A DNA stretch of 63,977 bases, the filler included, from Thelocarpon superellum (Eukaryota): NCBI GenBank assembly GCA_026025795.1. It is 12 parts of 12 records of this genome, joined end to end, with 100 filler letters (N's around TTAATTAATTAA, not from the genome) between each part and the next. Parts side by side here need not be neighbours in the genome. Positions count along the whole stretch, not along the records: positions 59,416 to 63,977 come from JAPEUG010000743.1; 11 more parts are not named here. One strand, given 5' to 3'. Position numbers and translations under genes: made by a program. Position 1 is the stretch's first letter; every line of letters starts with the position of its first letter. The notes beneath the pieces are model-generated. The model saw nothing but the letters and a program-made list of their open reading frames with translations, was not told where the DNA came from and ran no database searches. Shown one piece after another: positions 62,796 to 63,977 of the stretch.

Positions 62796-63977
62796 CCTCA
62801 GGCTTTCCCACGCTCCAGAGTCGACGATTGGAACTGACCACGACAAGGATCTGGATGATGGCGCGTCGCCATTGGCGCTTGTCAGCCACTGCCCAGCCAT
62901 GGTCCATTGACCGACCGCCACGCCAGTTCTTGTGGAAGCTGTGATCTGACCGTACAAGGGGAAGATGGCTGTGACAAGAGGTGCGAGCTTATCGGATAAG
63001 CAGCTCGAAGAGAGAGCAGACGACGCATGACGGTGGGGTGTACTTGTATGCAACGGTCTGGATCCACTCCGCTGGCAATTCCCCTCGAGAGAGGACGCAT
63101 CGTCAGGAGCAGCGTGATGTAGCCGCTATGCAACGTTGCTCCATTGATGTGCGTCGTCTTTCTCTCGAGGCCTCCCATCCAGGTGCCCGGGAGGGAATAG
63201 ATCAACGTCACATGCGGCGGGACGTGCCTTCTCTGTACTCGTCCCATAAGTATGGATCAGCCATTGAACCGCGTAGGAAGATGATGACGCAGCCCTCTCG
63301 ACAAGCCCCCAATCCGTTCGCCTTGGCCGCGCTTCCTTTGGGGGCATTCTGTCGCTGGGGGATCTCCCCAGCAACCCCTAGTTCCCCCCGTGCCAGACTC
63401 GCCCACAGCGCACGGTCAGAGCCACGACGCTCGGAGCGTGGTGGTGCCTCTGTACCTTTCTGGCCCGGCCTGCTTTTTCCACCCACTACTGAGCAGTACC
63501 TGTAGGGGGGATCTGGTGAATCTAGCGAGTGAAAGACGTCATTCGGCCTTGGACTTTCGCAATGGTAGCGCCATACGTCTCGAGATGTCAGTTTTCGGCC
63601 TTTGTTTCACCAGACAAACGCTGGCTACGTAACTTTGGCGCGCACACGTACCATATGTCCGGCGCAACAATCGACACCGACAAAGGGCCCGAAACAAGCC
63701 GCGAAGCTAACATCTTCCACTACGGCGTTCTGACCTGCAGGAAATCTTCGTCGCCCTACAAGGATGACGAATCATCACCTTCATCTAATGTCCCTCTCCC
63801 CCTCACTCCCCCCCTCAGACCAGGTCCCGGGCAGCTTTCAGAACGACTTTTACCACCCTCGCTGGCTGACTCAACATGACCAGATGCCCCGCCGTGCAAG
63901 CCTCGTCCGCTTCACGACGCCGCCGCTCTTCCCTTGTCCTGCGCGCTCCTTGAGACTCAGGCCTTCAATGGCGTTGG

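Overview
This is GC-rich, intron-containing DNA from a filamentous ascomycete (Pezizomycotina-type genes and splice signals), and it is not one continuous locus. Twelve contigs of about 5 kb are joined by an identical 100-bp artificial spacer (N44-TTAATTAATTAA-N44). The ten internal contigs run in strictly decreasing length (5432 down to 5059 bp), so neighbourhood across spacers carries no meaning. By splicing manually I find about 32 genes, mostly housekeeping: GAL1, NST1 (part), PHO8, NDUFAF3, PEBP-like, RPL34 (part), a calponin-homology protein, ERV25, SDH5, MIM2 (part), TOK1, SPC24, FIS1 (part), SPF31/DNAJC8, DBP4, FAD1, APM4, LSC1, ELP3, OGG1, U2AF65 (part), an LRR protein, a GCIP-like protein, a GPI-anchored protein, STS1, a DUF3984-like protein, ARG3 (part), a PPR-like protein, an RTA1-like protein, a LicD/MNN4-like protein and two orphans. 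I found no tRNA, rRNA, transposase, CRISPR array or biosynthetic cluster, and I cannot support a new multi-gene system. The best leads are: two putative GC-AG first introns sharing an identical 13-nt donor (one in the U2AF65 gene), a 22-His tract in the TOK channel, a calponin protein with two CLIK-like repeats flanking an ER/K helix, a small Cys/His orphan, and a 5.4-kb contig with no recognisable gene. All family assignments come from recalled motifs, not database searches.
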